Shown here in pieces: positions 1-8,328 of a stretch of DNA of 28,424 nucleotides (its first letter is position 1; every line of letters starts with the position of its first letter). The notes under the pieces are model-generated. The model saw only the letters and a program-made list of their open reading frames with translations. It did not search any database and had not been told where the DNA came from. Source of the DNA: Armatimonadia bacterium (GTDB taxonomy: Bacteria > Armatimonadota > Zipacnadia > Zipacnadales > UBA11051). The stretch is taken from positions 1 through 28,424 of the forward strand of contig JBDKRC010000218.1 in assembly GCA_039683575.1 (NCBI GenBank). Direction: 5' to 3'. The position numbers were made by a program, and so were the translations under genes.

Positions 1-1553
1 TCCCGGATCGTCACCCATTCCACGCGGCTGCCATCGGCGCTGACGGTACCGGCGACATCGAGCATCTCGAAGCTGCCATGCGCGTCGAGGTCCCTGCGGT
101 GCTTGCAGGTGAACACATTGCCCTGCCACTGCAGCGGGACAATGTAGTTCGTCGCCGTATCAGCATCCCGGAACTGGTTATCCGGGTCCGCAAAGAAGAA
201 TCGGGGGGAGCTATGGGTCACATCGCCCGGCTTGGGGTATAGCCAGTTCCGCTCGTCGATTTCCGACCACCCACCAGCCTCGACAGAGAGGTAGTTCATC
301 TGGTGAAGCGTCCTGCTCAGCACCCCTGGGTCCTGCACCGTTGCAGGCAGCGGCTGCGGGGTTGGGACGCTGAGGCCGGGGCTCCGCGCGTTCAGCAGCT
401 TGGCTCCCTGGAACCGCGGCGGGGCGGGCACGCGCGGGTCGGCCGGCGTCACGTCCGACTCCGCCGGCGTGACCGGGGAAGTGGGTGTCCCTGCGTCAGC
501 CATGGCCTTCGGCTGCACACTGACCCGGAAGGTCCCCCCCACTCCCGAACGCTGCGAGGCGATGCACAGCCGCAGCACGCCTGAGCGGTCGGAAGTCAAT
601 TCCACCCGCACCACACCCGAATCGCCGCTCACCCGCTGATCCACTTGCCTGCCATCCGGCAGGACAGCCAGTATGCGCGGCTGAAAGCCCTTCACCTCAA
701 GCTGTAGCACATACTCAGTCCCGCCAACCATCTTGGCCGAGTACAGCGCTCCCCATTCCCCACTCTCCAGTTGCGCGCTGCCAGGCCCGAGAATGCCCTG
801 CTGTGACAGTACCGCTGCGCCGTCGGTAGCCGCCGACGATACCAGCGCGCCACTGGCGACCTGCAGGCGGTACGGCCCCTGCCCTGCGGGATCGGCGGGC
901 AGCACCACTATCTTGACAGCCCCGTCCTGTGCCGCGACAAAGGCAATCTCCGGGTTCTTGCCCTCCACATCGTCGGCCTTGAGCATGGCTCCGCCGGGCG
1001 GAGTGACAAGCAGCACCGGGTCGAAGGCAGTGGACTGCACCAGCACGCGGACGACCTGCCCGGCCTTGATCTGAACGGTGTGGGTATGAGCGGGCCGGTC
1101 AATGCCGGGCCCCTGATCGGTAGGCCGAAGCTGCTTGCTCACGTCAGCGAGGGATTTCAGCCCGGCGATACCGTCCTTCAATGCCCGCGCTTCTCCCTCC
1201 AGTACATACTTCCCCCGCTGGTCAACCTTCTCACTGGTGACGCCTATCTGGTGCGTCCCGGCGGTGGTGGTGACGAAGTCAAGCCGGACCTGCCGCTCAG
1301 TCCCGGAGACGCCTTGTGTGAAGTGCCTGCCCTCGGGCGTGGTGACCAGCAGGCAGGGCGCAAAACCCTCGGCAGTGACCCTCAGGCTCACCAACAGCCC
1401 CGCCTGCAGGTTCACTTTCTGAACCTCGACAAACTCCCCGGTCCTGAGCTGGGAACTGCGCGAGGACAGCTCGCCATTCACCGTAAGCAAGGGTCCGGCC
1501 ACCGCTGGGCCGACCAGGACCAGCACTAACACAGGCAACAGCCAACGCGTCAT
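1..1553 (-). CDS. Secreted protein with about three PPC-like (pre-peptidase C-terminal) beta-sandwich repeats, a Pro-rich linker and an unknown C-terminal domain; 3' end lies outside the window
   Basis: Not in the ORF track because it has no stop in the window. ATG at 1553 with GGAGGG RBS. Translation starts MTRWLLPVLVLVLVGPAVA (signal peptide). Repeats resemble PPC domains, e.g. HTVQIKAGQVVRVLVQSTAFDPVLLVTPPGG...GPYRLQV. Frame reads open to ...RVEWVTIR at position 3. Confidence 0.75.
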   Translation of the reverse strand, partial: MTRWLLPVLVLVLVGPAVAGPLLTVNGELSSRSSQLRTGEFVEVQKVNLQAGLLVSLRVTAEGFAPCLLVTTPEGRHFTQGVSGTERQVRLDFVTTTAGTHQIGVTSEKVDQRGKYVLEGEARALKDGIAGLKSLADVSKQLRPTDQGPGIDRPAHTHTVQIKAGQVVRVLVQSTAFDPVLLVTPPGGAMLKADDVEGKNPEIAFVAAQDGAVKIVVLPADPAGQGPYRLQVASGALVSSAATDGAAVLSQQGILGPGSAQLESGEWGALYSAKMVGGTEYVLQLEVKGFQPRILAVLPDGRQVDQRVSGDSGVVRVELTSDRSGVLRLCIASQRSGVGGTFRVSVQPKAMADAGTPTSPVTPAESDVTPADPRVPAPPRFQGAKLLNARSPGLSVPTPQPLPATVQDPGVLSRTLHQMNYLSVEAGGWSEIDERNWLYPKPGDVTHSSPRFFFADPDNQFRDADTATNYIVPLQWQGNVFTCKHRRDLDAHGSFEMLDVAGTVSADGSRVEWVTIR

Positions 1554-1628
1554 TGGTGCCCTCCGGAGATGATCTGCAGGCGTCCTGTCTTTCGCGGCCT
1601 GGTTGGGCAACTCCTGCCGCAGCGACTG

Positions 1629-4600
1629 TCATCGGCTCCGCGCGACCGCCCGAAGGTAGGCGCGTGTAAGCTCTTCGTAACCGAGGGGTAGGTCCTGTTG
1701 CGGCGGCTGGACGGCCGTCACGCTGGCCGCCGGTTGGGGCGAGGGGCGCAGGGCAGGCGGACTGCTTGGCCGCTTATATGGCTTCGGCGCCTCGGCGAGC
1801 CGCTGGCGCTCCTCACGGTCGCGCTGATACAGCGACCGCTGGGCGTCGAGCATCTTGTGCAGGATGTTCTCCTGGCGGCGGTACGTCTGGCGGCCCAGGC
1901 TCTCGCCGCGAAGGTCCTTCTCCACCTCGTTCATCTCTGCCGGAACGCCGCCCAGTTGCTGGCCCAGACCCGATCCCCGCCCTGCCTGCCCCAGCATCTT
2001 CTCCAGCGCCTCACGAATCGCCCCCTGCTGCCCGCCAAGCTGCCCGCCGCCCGGCATCTTCCCCGGACTTCCCCCCGGCATCGGCACCGGCATCCCCCCA
2101 CCCCTCTGTTTGGTCAACTGGTTAAGCGCCGCCTGCTGCATGGCGAGCTGCTCCAGGCGCTTGAGGTACTCCTGCATCGCCATCTGCGCCGAGGCCTGCT
2201 GGAACTGCTCCTCGGCCCCCAGCAGGGCCTGAGCAAGCTGGTTGAGGCCCATCATGACTTCTGACTGGGTATCATGCACGCGGTTCATGTCCCCGCCGCT
2301 GACCTCTCGCTCGGCCTGCGCGGATTGTGCCGCAAGTCCGGCTGCCTGCAGTGCCAGCGAGGGCTCAACCAGCGGCGACTTCTGCGCCAGTTCGCCGAGC
2401 CGCTCGGCAATCCGTCCCGCCCCACGGGTGAGGGCCTGCTGGCGCGCCGCGAACCGCTGCAGTTGCACCTTCTGGCTCATCATCTGCTCCGGCCCGCGGT
2501 ACATGAACGGGCTCACATCCTCCTGCAGCCGCTCCTGTCGCGCCGATAGCTCAAGCGCATGGCGGGCCAGTTCCGCCGAGGCCTGCGAGAGCTCCTGCCG
2601 CATCTCCGAGTACACCTCAGCCTGCGCCGCCGACAGGTCCGCCCCCGCTTGCTGCAGGGCCTGCAAAGCCTGTTGCTGCGGTCCGGCGGCCTGCGTGGGC
2701 TGCCCCGAGCGGAGAGCCTGCGAGGCTTGTTGCATCTTCCCCGCCGGATCGGACTGGGCCAGCTTACCGGCCAGATCGCTTAGCTGCTGGCCCAGTTTCG
2801 GATTCTGCTCCGCCGTCTTCTCAGCGAGTTCGGCAGTGCGCTGCACCGCCTCCTCGGTGTCGCGGGCAAGCTGGCGCTGCTCGCGGGCCTGCTCAGCCAG
2901 GTTCGCCCCCTGCTCGCGCTGCTTGATAAGCTCCTGCTGCCGCGCCGCGAGCTTCTCAAACTCCTGCCGCAGCGCCGCCAGATCACCCTCGAGCTTCGCC
3001 TGCTGCATGAGCGCGAGAAGCTGGTCCAGCCGCTCCATGAGCTGTTTCTGCGCCTCTTCGGCGTCCTGTAGCGACTGCTGGGCCTGTTCGGGGTCCTGCT
3101 GCCGCGCAGCCTGTTGAAGCTTCTGTATCGCCTCGCGAAGCTGCTTGTCGAGCGTCTCGTTCAGGAGCTTCTGAACCTCAGCCAGCCGGCGCGACAACTC
3201 CGGCGACACGCCCTCTCTCTGCAAGTCCTGCTGGGCGTTGGCCACACTCTCCCGCAAGTCCTCGCCCTGCTTCTGAAGCTGTGCCGCCGACTCCTGAAGC
3301 TCCGCCCTCTGGGCCTCCGACAGCTCCTGCCCCTGCTGCAGCTTCTCCTGAAGCTCCGCCAACTCCCGCTGCAGGTTCTCGGCCTGCTCGCGCAGGCGTT
3401 GCAGCCCCTGCTCCTGCTCCTCGCGAGTCGCTTCGAGACGCTGCTGAGCCTCCTCAGGGGCGAGGTTCGCAAGCGTCACACGATACGTACGGCTGACGCC
3501 GAAATGGAGATAGGGGCTGCCATCGGTGGCCACCACGCGGTACTCCACCGTCAGCCCCGGCCGCAGGTTCAGCGGCGACAGGTCCCACTCGTAGTCAATC
3601 AGGTACAGGCGGCCAGTCGCGCCAAGCTGCAGGCGCTGCCACGTCTTGTGGCCGGTGACGCGATACTCGATGGCAAGCGTCCGCAGGCCATAGTCGTCAT
3701 AGGCCTTGCCCAGGAGCTTCAGGGGCCGAAGTGTCTTGAGCGTCAGGTCCTTGTTCGGATAGGTGATCTGCACTACGGGCGGCAGGTCGGTGAGCAGGCG
3801 CATCGTGCCGTTGAGGCGGTGGTGCCGCCCCTGGTAGGCGTTCTCGAACTGCCACCGGGTATCGCTAGTGAGCCTGAACTCCTGCCCCAGCCGGCTCCCC
3901 TCGAGCCGCTGCAGCTCCCGCTCGCGATCATTGAGCGACAGGCTAAGCTCGCCCACAGCCGGAGCCGCCGCGGAGAGCGTGATGCTGGACCCCACGGGCG
4001 CACGAAGCGCAGCGAAGCGGGTGGTGACGGTGCGAGTAGGAAGACCGGTATACTCCGGAGGGACGATGGCAACACGGACGCCTGAGACCAGCGGGAGCGG
4101 CTCAATAGCCGGCACAAGCCGCTGCACGGCGGGCGGTAGCTCAGACCGCTCCTGCAGCATGACCGCCAGGGCGTCCCGCGAAGCCACCACACCCGCGAGG
4201 GCAAGAGCAAGCGAAGCCACCGCTGCCACCACCAGCGGGCGCAGTCGGTGAAGGTCAAGGATCGAACGGGGAGTGATGAGGCGAAGGGTATCTTCAGCGT
4301 GGGCAACGACGGTGTCAGCAAGCTGCGGGGAATGCAACGTGGAATCGCTGCAATGCAGCTCGACCGCGGTCAGCAGACTCTCCTGCAAGGCGGGGTAATG
4401 CCTCTCAACCACCCACGCAACCTGCCGGGCGCGCACCGGCCGCAGCGCCGTCACAGCCACACAGGCCAGCAGCCCCGCCGCAATCAGCAGGCCACTAACC
4501 GGAAGCAGCCACGGCGACGGCGCAAGGTGTGAACCAAGGCAAAGCGCAACCACCAGGACGCCGGCGCCGGTCAACCAGAGCAACAGATGGCGGCCAAGCC

Positions 4601-4661
4601 CGACCAGCCGCAGCAGACGGGAAAGACGGCGCAGGTATAGGTCGAGGTTGTGATGTGACAT
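1629..4661 (-). CDS. DUF4175-like membrane-anchored, Gln/Glu-rich coiled-coil protein
   Basis: About 1010 aa. Three N-terminal hydrophobic segments with LQESLLTAVEL, an Ig-like region (PPEYTG, DxPPxV, AYDDYGL, VEYRVVATD), a long Q/E coiled coil and a C-terminal LPLGYEELTRAY. The ORF-track start at 4703 is TTG; ATG at 4661 is preferred. Confidence 0.75.
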   Translation of the reverse strand: MSHHNLDLYLRRLSRLLRLVGLGRHLLLWLTGAGVLVVALCLGSHLAPSPWLLPVSGLLIAAGLLACVAVTALRPVRARQVAWVVERHYPALQESLLTAVELHCSDSTLHSPQLADTVVAHAEDTLRLITPRSILDLHRLRPLVVAAVASLALALAGVVASRDALAVMLQERSELPPAVQRLVPAIEPLPLVSGVRVAIVPPEYTGLPTRTVTTRFAALRAPVGSSITLSAAAPAVGELSLSLNDRERELQRLEGSRLGQEFRLTSDTRWQFENAYQGRHHRLNGTMRLLTDLPPVVQITYPNKDLTLKTLRPLKLLGKAYDDYGLRTLAIEYRVTGHKTWQRLQLGATGRLYLIDYEWDLSPLNLRPGLTVEYRVVATDGSPYLHFGVSRTYRVTLANLAPEEAQQRLEATREEQEQGLQRLREQAENLQRELAELQEKLQQGQELSEAQRAELQESAAQLQKQGEDLRESVANAQQDLQREGVSPELSRRLAEVQKLLNETLDKQLREAIQKLQQAARQQDPEQAQQSLQDAEEAQKQLMERLDQLLALMQQAKLEGDLAALRQEFEKLAARQQELIKQREQGANLAEQAREQRQLARDTEEAVQRTAELAEKTAEQNPKLGQQLSDLAGKLAQSDPAGKMQQASQALRSGQPTQAAGPQQQALQALQQAGADLSAAQAEVYSEMRQELSQASAELARHALELSARQERLQEDVSPFMYRGPEQMMSQKVQLQRFAARQQALTRGAGRIAERLGELAQKSPLVEPSLALQAAGLAAQSAQAEREVSGGDMNRVHDTQSEVMMGLNQLAQALLGAEEQFQQASAQMAMQEYLKRLEQLAMQQAALNQLTKQRGGGMPVPMPGGSPGKMPGGGQLGGQQGAIREALEKMLGQAGRGSGLGQQLGGVPAEMNEVEKDLRGESLGRQTYRRQENILHKMLDAQRSLYQRDREERQRLAEAPKPYKRPSSPPALRPSPQPAASVTAVQPPQQDLPLGYEELTRAYLRAVARSR

Positions 4662-4720
4662 GGTGTGGCTGGAATGCGACCACGAATTGCCGAGGTCGTC
4701 CAATGGCTCTCAGTACGAGA

Positions 4721-4748
4721 TTGACAACGGGCCTGTATGTGCTATACT
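4721..4748 (+). promoter_or_regulatory. Sigma70-type promoter for the NYN cassette
   Basis: TTGACA (4721-4726), 16-bp spacer, extended -10 TGcTATACT (4740-4748), in an AT-rich patch. Confidence 0.75.
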
Positions 4749-4754
4749 ATTTAC

Positions 4755-4817
4755 ACTACCCCGGAGCTTCGGCGATGGGTGCGAGAGCCTGACGAAAGTC
4801 GGGCTTTCTGCGTTCTT
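4755..4817 (+). ncRNA. Putative structured leader or small RNA with two hairpins, the second terminator-like
   Basis: Hairpin 1: UACCC(4757-61)/GGGUG(4777-81), possible tandem G.A pairs, closed by a cUUCGg tetraloop. Hairpin 2: GAGAGCCUGAC-GAAA-GUCGGGCUUUC (4783-4808, 11 bp including G-U pairs), followed by UGCGUUCUU. Confidence 0.55.
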
Positions 4818-4833
4818 GGGGGGCATGCCTCAG

Positions 4834-5460
4834 ATGCGAGCCAACGTCTACTTTGACGGGTTCAACCTTTACTACGGTCTGCTGAAAGACACGGTCTACC
4901 GCTGGCTCAACCTCTCTGAGTTCTGTCGCCTGCTTCTTCCGAAGTACCAAGTGCAGCGGATCAAGTACTTCACTGCGCGCGTCCAAGCTCATCCCCATGA
5001 CCGACAGGCCCCAGTTCGGCAGCAGATGTACCTCCGTGCCTTGGGCACGCTGCCTGACGTTGAGATATTCTATGGGCAGTTCTCATACCACAAGGTGAGG
5101 ATGCCGAGGGCGGATGGGCAGGGCACCGCGGAAGTGGTGAAAGCCGAAGAGAAAGGCTCTGACGTCGCTTTGGCTGTGCATGCGCTACACGATGCTCATA
5201 CGGACCAATACGATGTCGCGGTCATCATTTCCAACGATTCCGATATCGTCCCGGCCCTGGATATCATCCGCAACGGCCTCGGCAAGCAGGTCCATGTTCT
5301 CTTCCCAACCTGCTCAAAGAGGAAACGGTGGCCCTGCCACGATCTCAAGTGCGCCTCAGATGGGCACAAGGAAATCCGGAATTGGGCCCTTCGTCAGGCT
5401 CAGTTCGACAACAGTCTGACCGATGCGATTGGCACTTTCCACAAGCCCGAGTGCTGGTAG
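4834..5460 (+). CDS. NYN domain (LabA/DUF88-like PIN-fold) putative ribonuclease
   Basis: MRANVYFDGFNLYYG, IKYFTARV, EEKGSDVALA, IISNDSDIVP: the PIN/NYN acidic residues appear intact. Ends in KPECW. Start is ATG 4834 preceded by a G-rich RBS (alternatively 4825). The ORF-track extension to 4660 runs through the promoter. Confidence 0.9.
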   Translation: MRANVYFDGFNLYYGLLKDTVYRWLNLSEFCRLLLPKYQVQRIKYFTARVQAHPHDRQAPVRQQMYLRALGTLPDVEIFYGQFSYHKVRMPRADGQGTAEVVKAEEKGSDVALAVHALHDAHTDQYDVAVIISNDSDIVPALDIIRNGLGKQVHVLFPTCSKRKRWPCHDLKCASDGHKEIRNWALRQAQFDNSLTDAIGTFHKPECW

Positions 5461-5495
5461 ACTTTCACCCGTCGATTATGTGTGGCGACACTCGG

Positions 5496-7397
5496 CTACG
5501 CCATCAAGCCGCCTTCCGCGGCGTCTATCCCCCAGTCCTCACTGATCCGGAACTGCCGCTCGTACATCTCCGCGTAGAGGCCCTGCTTCTTCATAAGGGT
5601 CTCATGGTCCGCTTGCTCGACGACCGCGCCCCCGTCTATGACCACGATCTTGCTTGCCTTGCGCACCGTGGAGAGACGGTGGGCGATGACAAACGTGGTC
5701 CGGTTGAGCATCAGGTTGTCGAGGGCCTTCTGGATGATCTGCTCGGCCTCGGTGTCCACCAGCGAAGTCGCCTCATCCAGGATCAGGACGCGCGGGTTGG
5801 CCAAAAGCGCCCGGGCGATCGCCAGACGCTGCTTCTGCCCGCCCGAAAGCTTCACCCCCCGCTCGCCGATCTCGGTGTCATACTTGTCCGGCAGGTCTTG
5901 CACAAACTCATCCGCATAGGCCGCGCGGCAGGCCTCCTCAATCTCCTCGTCGGAGGCGTCCAGCCGCCCGTACCGCACGTTCTCCTTGACGGTCCCATTG
6001 AACAGAAAGGTCTCCTGCAGCACCATCGCCATATGCTGGCGCAAAGACTCCTGCGTCACCTCGCGCACATCCGTCCCGTCCACCAGCACCCTGCCCTCAA
6101 GCGGGTCGTAGAAGCGCGGGATGAGGTTGATGAGGCTGGTCTTGCCCGCCCCGCTGCGCCCTACCAGTGCCACGGTCTCACCGGGGTCAGCGTGCACCGT
6201 AACATCCTTCAGGACTATATCCCCGGTTTCGTAGCGGAAGGTCACATGGTCGAGATCAACACACCCCTCGACCTGATCGAGTGCCTTGGCCTCCGGCTTG
6301 TCCTGAACCTCCGGCACCTCGTCGGTAATCTGGAAAATCCGCGCCAGCGCCGCCAGCGCGCGGTTGTACAGGTCCACCACCCGCACCAGTCCGCCAATCC
6401 GCCAGTAGAACTGCTGCAGATAACCCACGAAGGCCATCATGGTGCCGATGCTGACAGCCTCACCCTTGGTCATCATCAGGCCTCCGCGCCACAGCACCAA
6501 AAGCATGCCCAGTGACGTCAGGAAGGCAATCACCGGAAAGAAGGTGGACCACAGCCGGATCGCGCGGACGTTGGCATCGTAGTACTTCCGGCTGGCGGAT
6601 TCGAAGTTGTCATACTCATATCGCTCGCGCCCGAAGGCCTTGATGACCAGGATGCCTGCCACCCGTTCTTCAAGCTGCGCGTTGATCTCGCCGAGTTCGT
6701 CGCGGATCTTGCGGTACAGGGGCCGGACGAAGCGGGCGAAGATGATCATCAACGTCAGGAAGAAGGGCACGGGGAGCAGCGCCAGCAGGGCCAGCTTCCA
6801 GCTCATCCAAAACAGTGCGCCGACGGCGATGGCAACCCGGAGGCCATCGCTGATGACTTCGTCAGTGCCGTGAACGACCATATCCTCGACCGACCCCACG
6901 TCGTTGGAGAGCCGGGACATGATGTCGCCGGTACGATTGCGGTGGAAGTATGAGAGCGAGAGCTTCTGCAGGTGGCTGTAGGTCTCAACACGCGTTTCGT
7001 ATACGAGACGCTGACCGAGGATGTGCATCAGGCGCGTGCGGATGAGCGAGAAGACTGCGCCGGCGGCGAAGGCACCGAGCATCAGCAGGATGACCTGGTT
7101 GATGACCAGGACGCTGTGTTTGAGAAAGCCCTGGTCAATCAGGCGCCTAATCAGCATCGGCTGGGCCTGGTCGGCAAAGGCGCTGATAATCATTGCCACG
7201 AGGGCAATGACCACAACAGGCCAGCGCGAGCCGATTTTGCTGCCGAACCAGCTCAGCATGCGCTTGTCGGTCAGGCGCAGTCTCGGTGCTTCTTGTTCGT
7301 CGGGGTTAGTCTTGGAGGTGCCGCGCATGTGCCCGCCGCCGCCGCCGCGCCCGCGTCCTCCTCCGCCCCCCATGCCTCGTCCAAAGCCCATATTCAT
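5496..7397 (-). CDS. ABC exporter with fused TMD and NBD (MsbA/Sav1866-like)
   Basis: TMD followed by Walker A GRSGAGKT, signature LSGGQ, Walker B LILDEAT and H-loop IAHRLS. Gly/Arg-rich N-terminal tail. Confidence 0.95.
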   Translation of the reverse strand: MNMGFGRGMGGGGGRGRGGGGGHMRGTSKTNPDEQEAPRLRLTDKRMLSWFGSKIGSRWPVVVIALVAMIISAFADQAQPMLIRRLIDQGFLKHSVLVINQVILLMLGAFAAGAVFSLIRTRLMHILGQRLVYETRVETYSHLQKLSLSYFHRNRTGDIMSRLSNDVGSVEDMVVHGTDEVISDGLRVAIAVGALFWMSWKLALLALLPVPFFLTLMIIFARFVRPLYRKIRDELGEINAQLEERVAGILVIKAFGRERYEYDNFESASRKYYDANVRAIRLWSTFFPVIAFLTSLGMLLVLWRGGLMMTKGEAVSIGTMMAFVGYLQQFYWRIGGLVRVVDLYNRALAALARIFQITDEVPEVQDKPEAKALDQVEGCVDLDHVTFRYETGDIVLKDVTVHADPGETVALVGRSGAGKTSLINLIPRFYDPLEGRVLVDGTDVREVTQESLRQHMAMVLQETFLFNGTVKENVRYGRLDASDEEIEEACRAAYADEFVQDLPDKYDTEIGERGVKLSGGQKQRLAIARALLANPRVLILDEATSLVDTEAEQIIQKALDNLMLNRTTFVIAHRLSTVRKASKIVVIDGGAVVEQADHETLMKKQGLYAEMYERQFRISEDWGIDAAEGGLMA

Positions 7398-7421
7398 CGT
7401 CCTTAGTCAGAAATACGACGC

Positions 7422-7453
7422 GCGGGAGGGGCCTGTTAGGGATCCCCTCCCGC
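7422..7453 (-). terminator. GC-rich hairpin between TIGR00266 and the ABC gene (possible terminator)
   Basis: GCGGGAGGGG (7422-31) pairs with CCCCTCCCGC (7444-53). The U-tract on the minus strand is weak. Confidence 0.45.
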
Positions 7454-7479
7454 AACGCGTGTTTCGAGCGTCGTTACAG

Positions 7480-8157
7480 TTAGCCTGAGCTCTTCGGCAG
7501 CTTGGGAATTAGCACTCCCAGGAAGGCCTCAAAGCTGCGGCTCTGCATGTACAGCCGCCCCGGGCCGACGAACTCGGAGACCAGACCTTCACCAGAGAAG
7601 AGGGTCTGTTTGAGTCCGCCCACCGGGCGCACCTTGTAGTTCATCGTGCTCTCGAAGGCGACAACATGGCCGGTGTCCACGATATAGCCGGCGCCGGCGG
7701 GGAGTTCAACCATGTGGATCGCGCCGTAGCTGCTGATGAAGAGATCGCCCTGGCCCGTGCACTTGAGCAGGAAGAGCCCCTCTTTGGAGAAGAAGCCCTT
7801 GGAGCCAGCCCACGAGGTGTCGGTGGTCACAGCCGGGGAACTCGCTATGAAGGAACCCGACTGCACCATCATTGTTCCACCGGCCATCGGCACATGCACC
7901 AGGTCGCCCGGCAGATTCGGCGCGAGGGTCAACTCACCCTGGCCTTCGCCACAGGTGAAGGTGTTGATGAAGAAACTCTCGCCGCCGAGCACGGCCCGCT
8001 TGAGCCCGCCCAGGAGGCCGCCCTTGGCCTGCGTTTGCACCTGAACGTTAGGGGTCATCGAGACCATTGCCCCGGCCTCGGCGAGTATGGCTTCCCCCGG
8101 CTCCATCAGCAATCGCAGCAGAGAATATGACGGCCTGTACAGCACTTCATGTTGCAT
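7480..8157 (-). CDS. TIGR00266 / AIM24 family protein
   Basis: GEAILAEAGAMVSM, GGESFFINTF, EGLFLLK, YIVDTGHVVAF, SGEGLVSEFVGPG..MQSR. GGAGG RBS. Confidence 0.93.
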   Translation of the reverse strand: MQHEVLYRPSYSLLRLLMEPGEAILAEAGAMVSMTPNVQVQTQAKGGLLGGLKRAVLGGESFFINTFTCGEGQGELTLAPNLPGDLVHVPMAGGTMMVQSGSFIASSPAVTTDTSWAGSKGFFSKEGLFLLKCTGQGDLFISSYGAIHMVELPAGAGYIVDTGHVVAFESTMNYKVRPVGGLKQTLFSGEGLVSEFVGPGRLYMQSRSFEAFLGVLIPKLPKSSG

Positions 8158-8183
8158 GTTCGGCCTCCAGTTTTCCGATTGTT

Positions 8184-8299
8184 AATCGGGAATGGGAAAT
8201 CGGGCGAATCACGGACTGCCGTACGAGCGGCTTCCAGCCGCGAGATTTCGCCGCCGGAGCTCGGCTTCCAGCCGGGCGGAGGGATGCCAGCCGCCACGT
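8184..8299. repeat. Degenerate heptamer x3 plus REP-like palindromes
   Basis: AATCGGG AATGGGA AATCGGG (8184-8204). CGGCTTCCAGCCG occurs twice, within GTACGAGCGGCTTCCAGCCGCGA (8221-43) and GGAGCTCGGCTTCCAGCCGGGC (8256-77). Confidence 0.6.
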
Positions 8300-8328
8300 C
8301 TGCATCGGCTCCGGTAATCGCACCGCCT

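Noticed and set aside
4789-4800. CTGACGA followed by GAAA-like sequence, suggesting a hammerhead ribozyme core
   Set aside because: The two motifs overlap with no stem II between them. The segment is better explained as a GAAA-capped hairpin.
4660-4833. N-terminal extension of the NYN ORF in the ORF track
   Set aside because: It runs through the predicted promoter and leader hairpins. NYN homology begins at MRANVYFDG.
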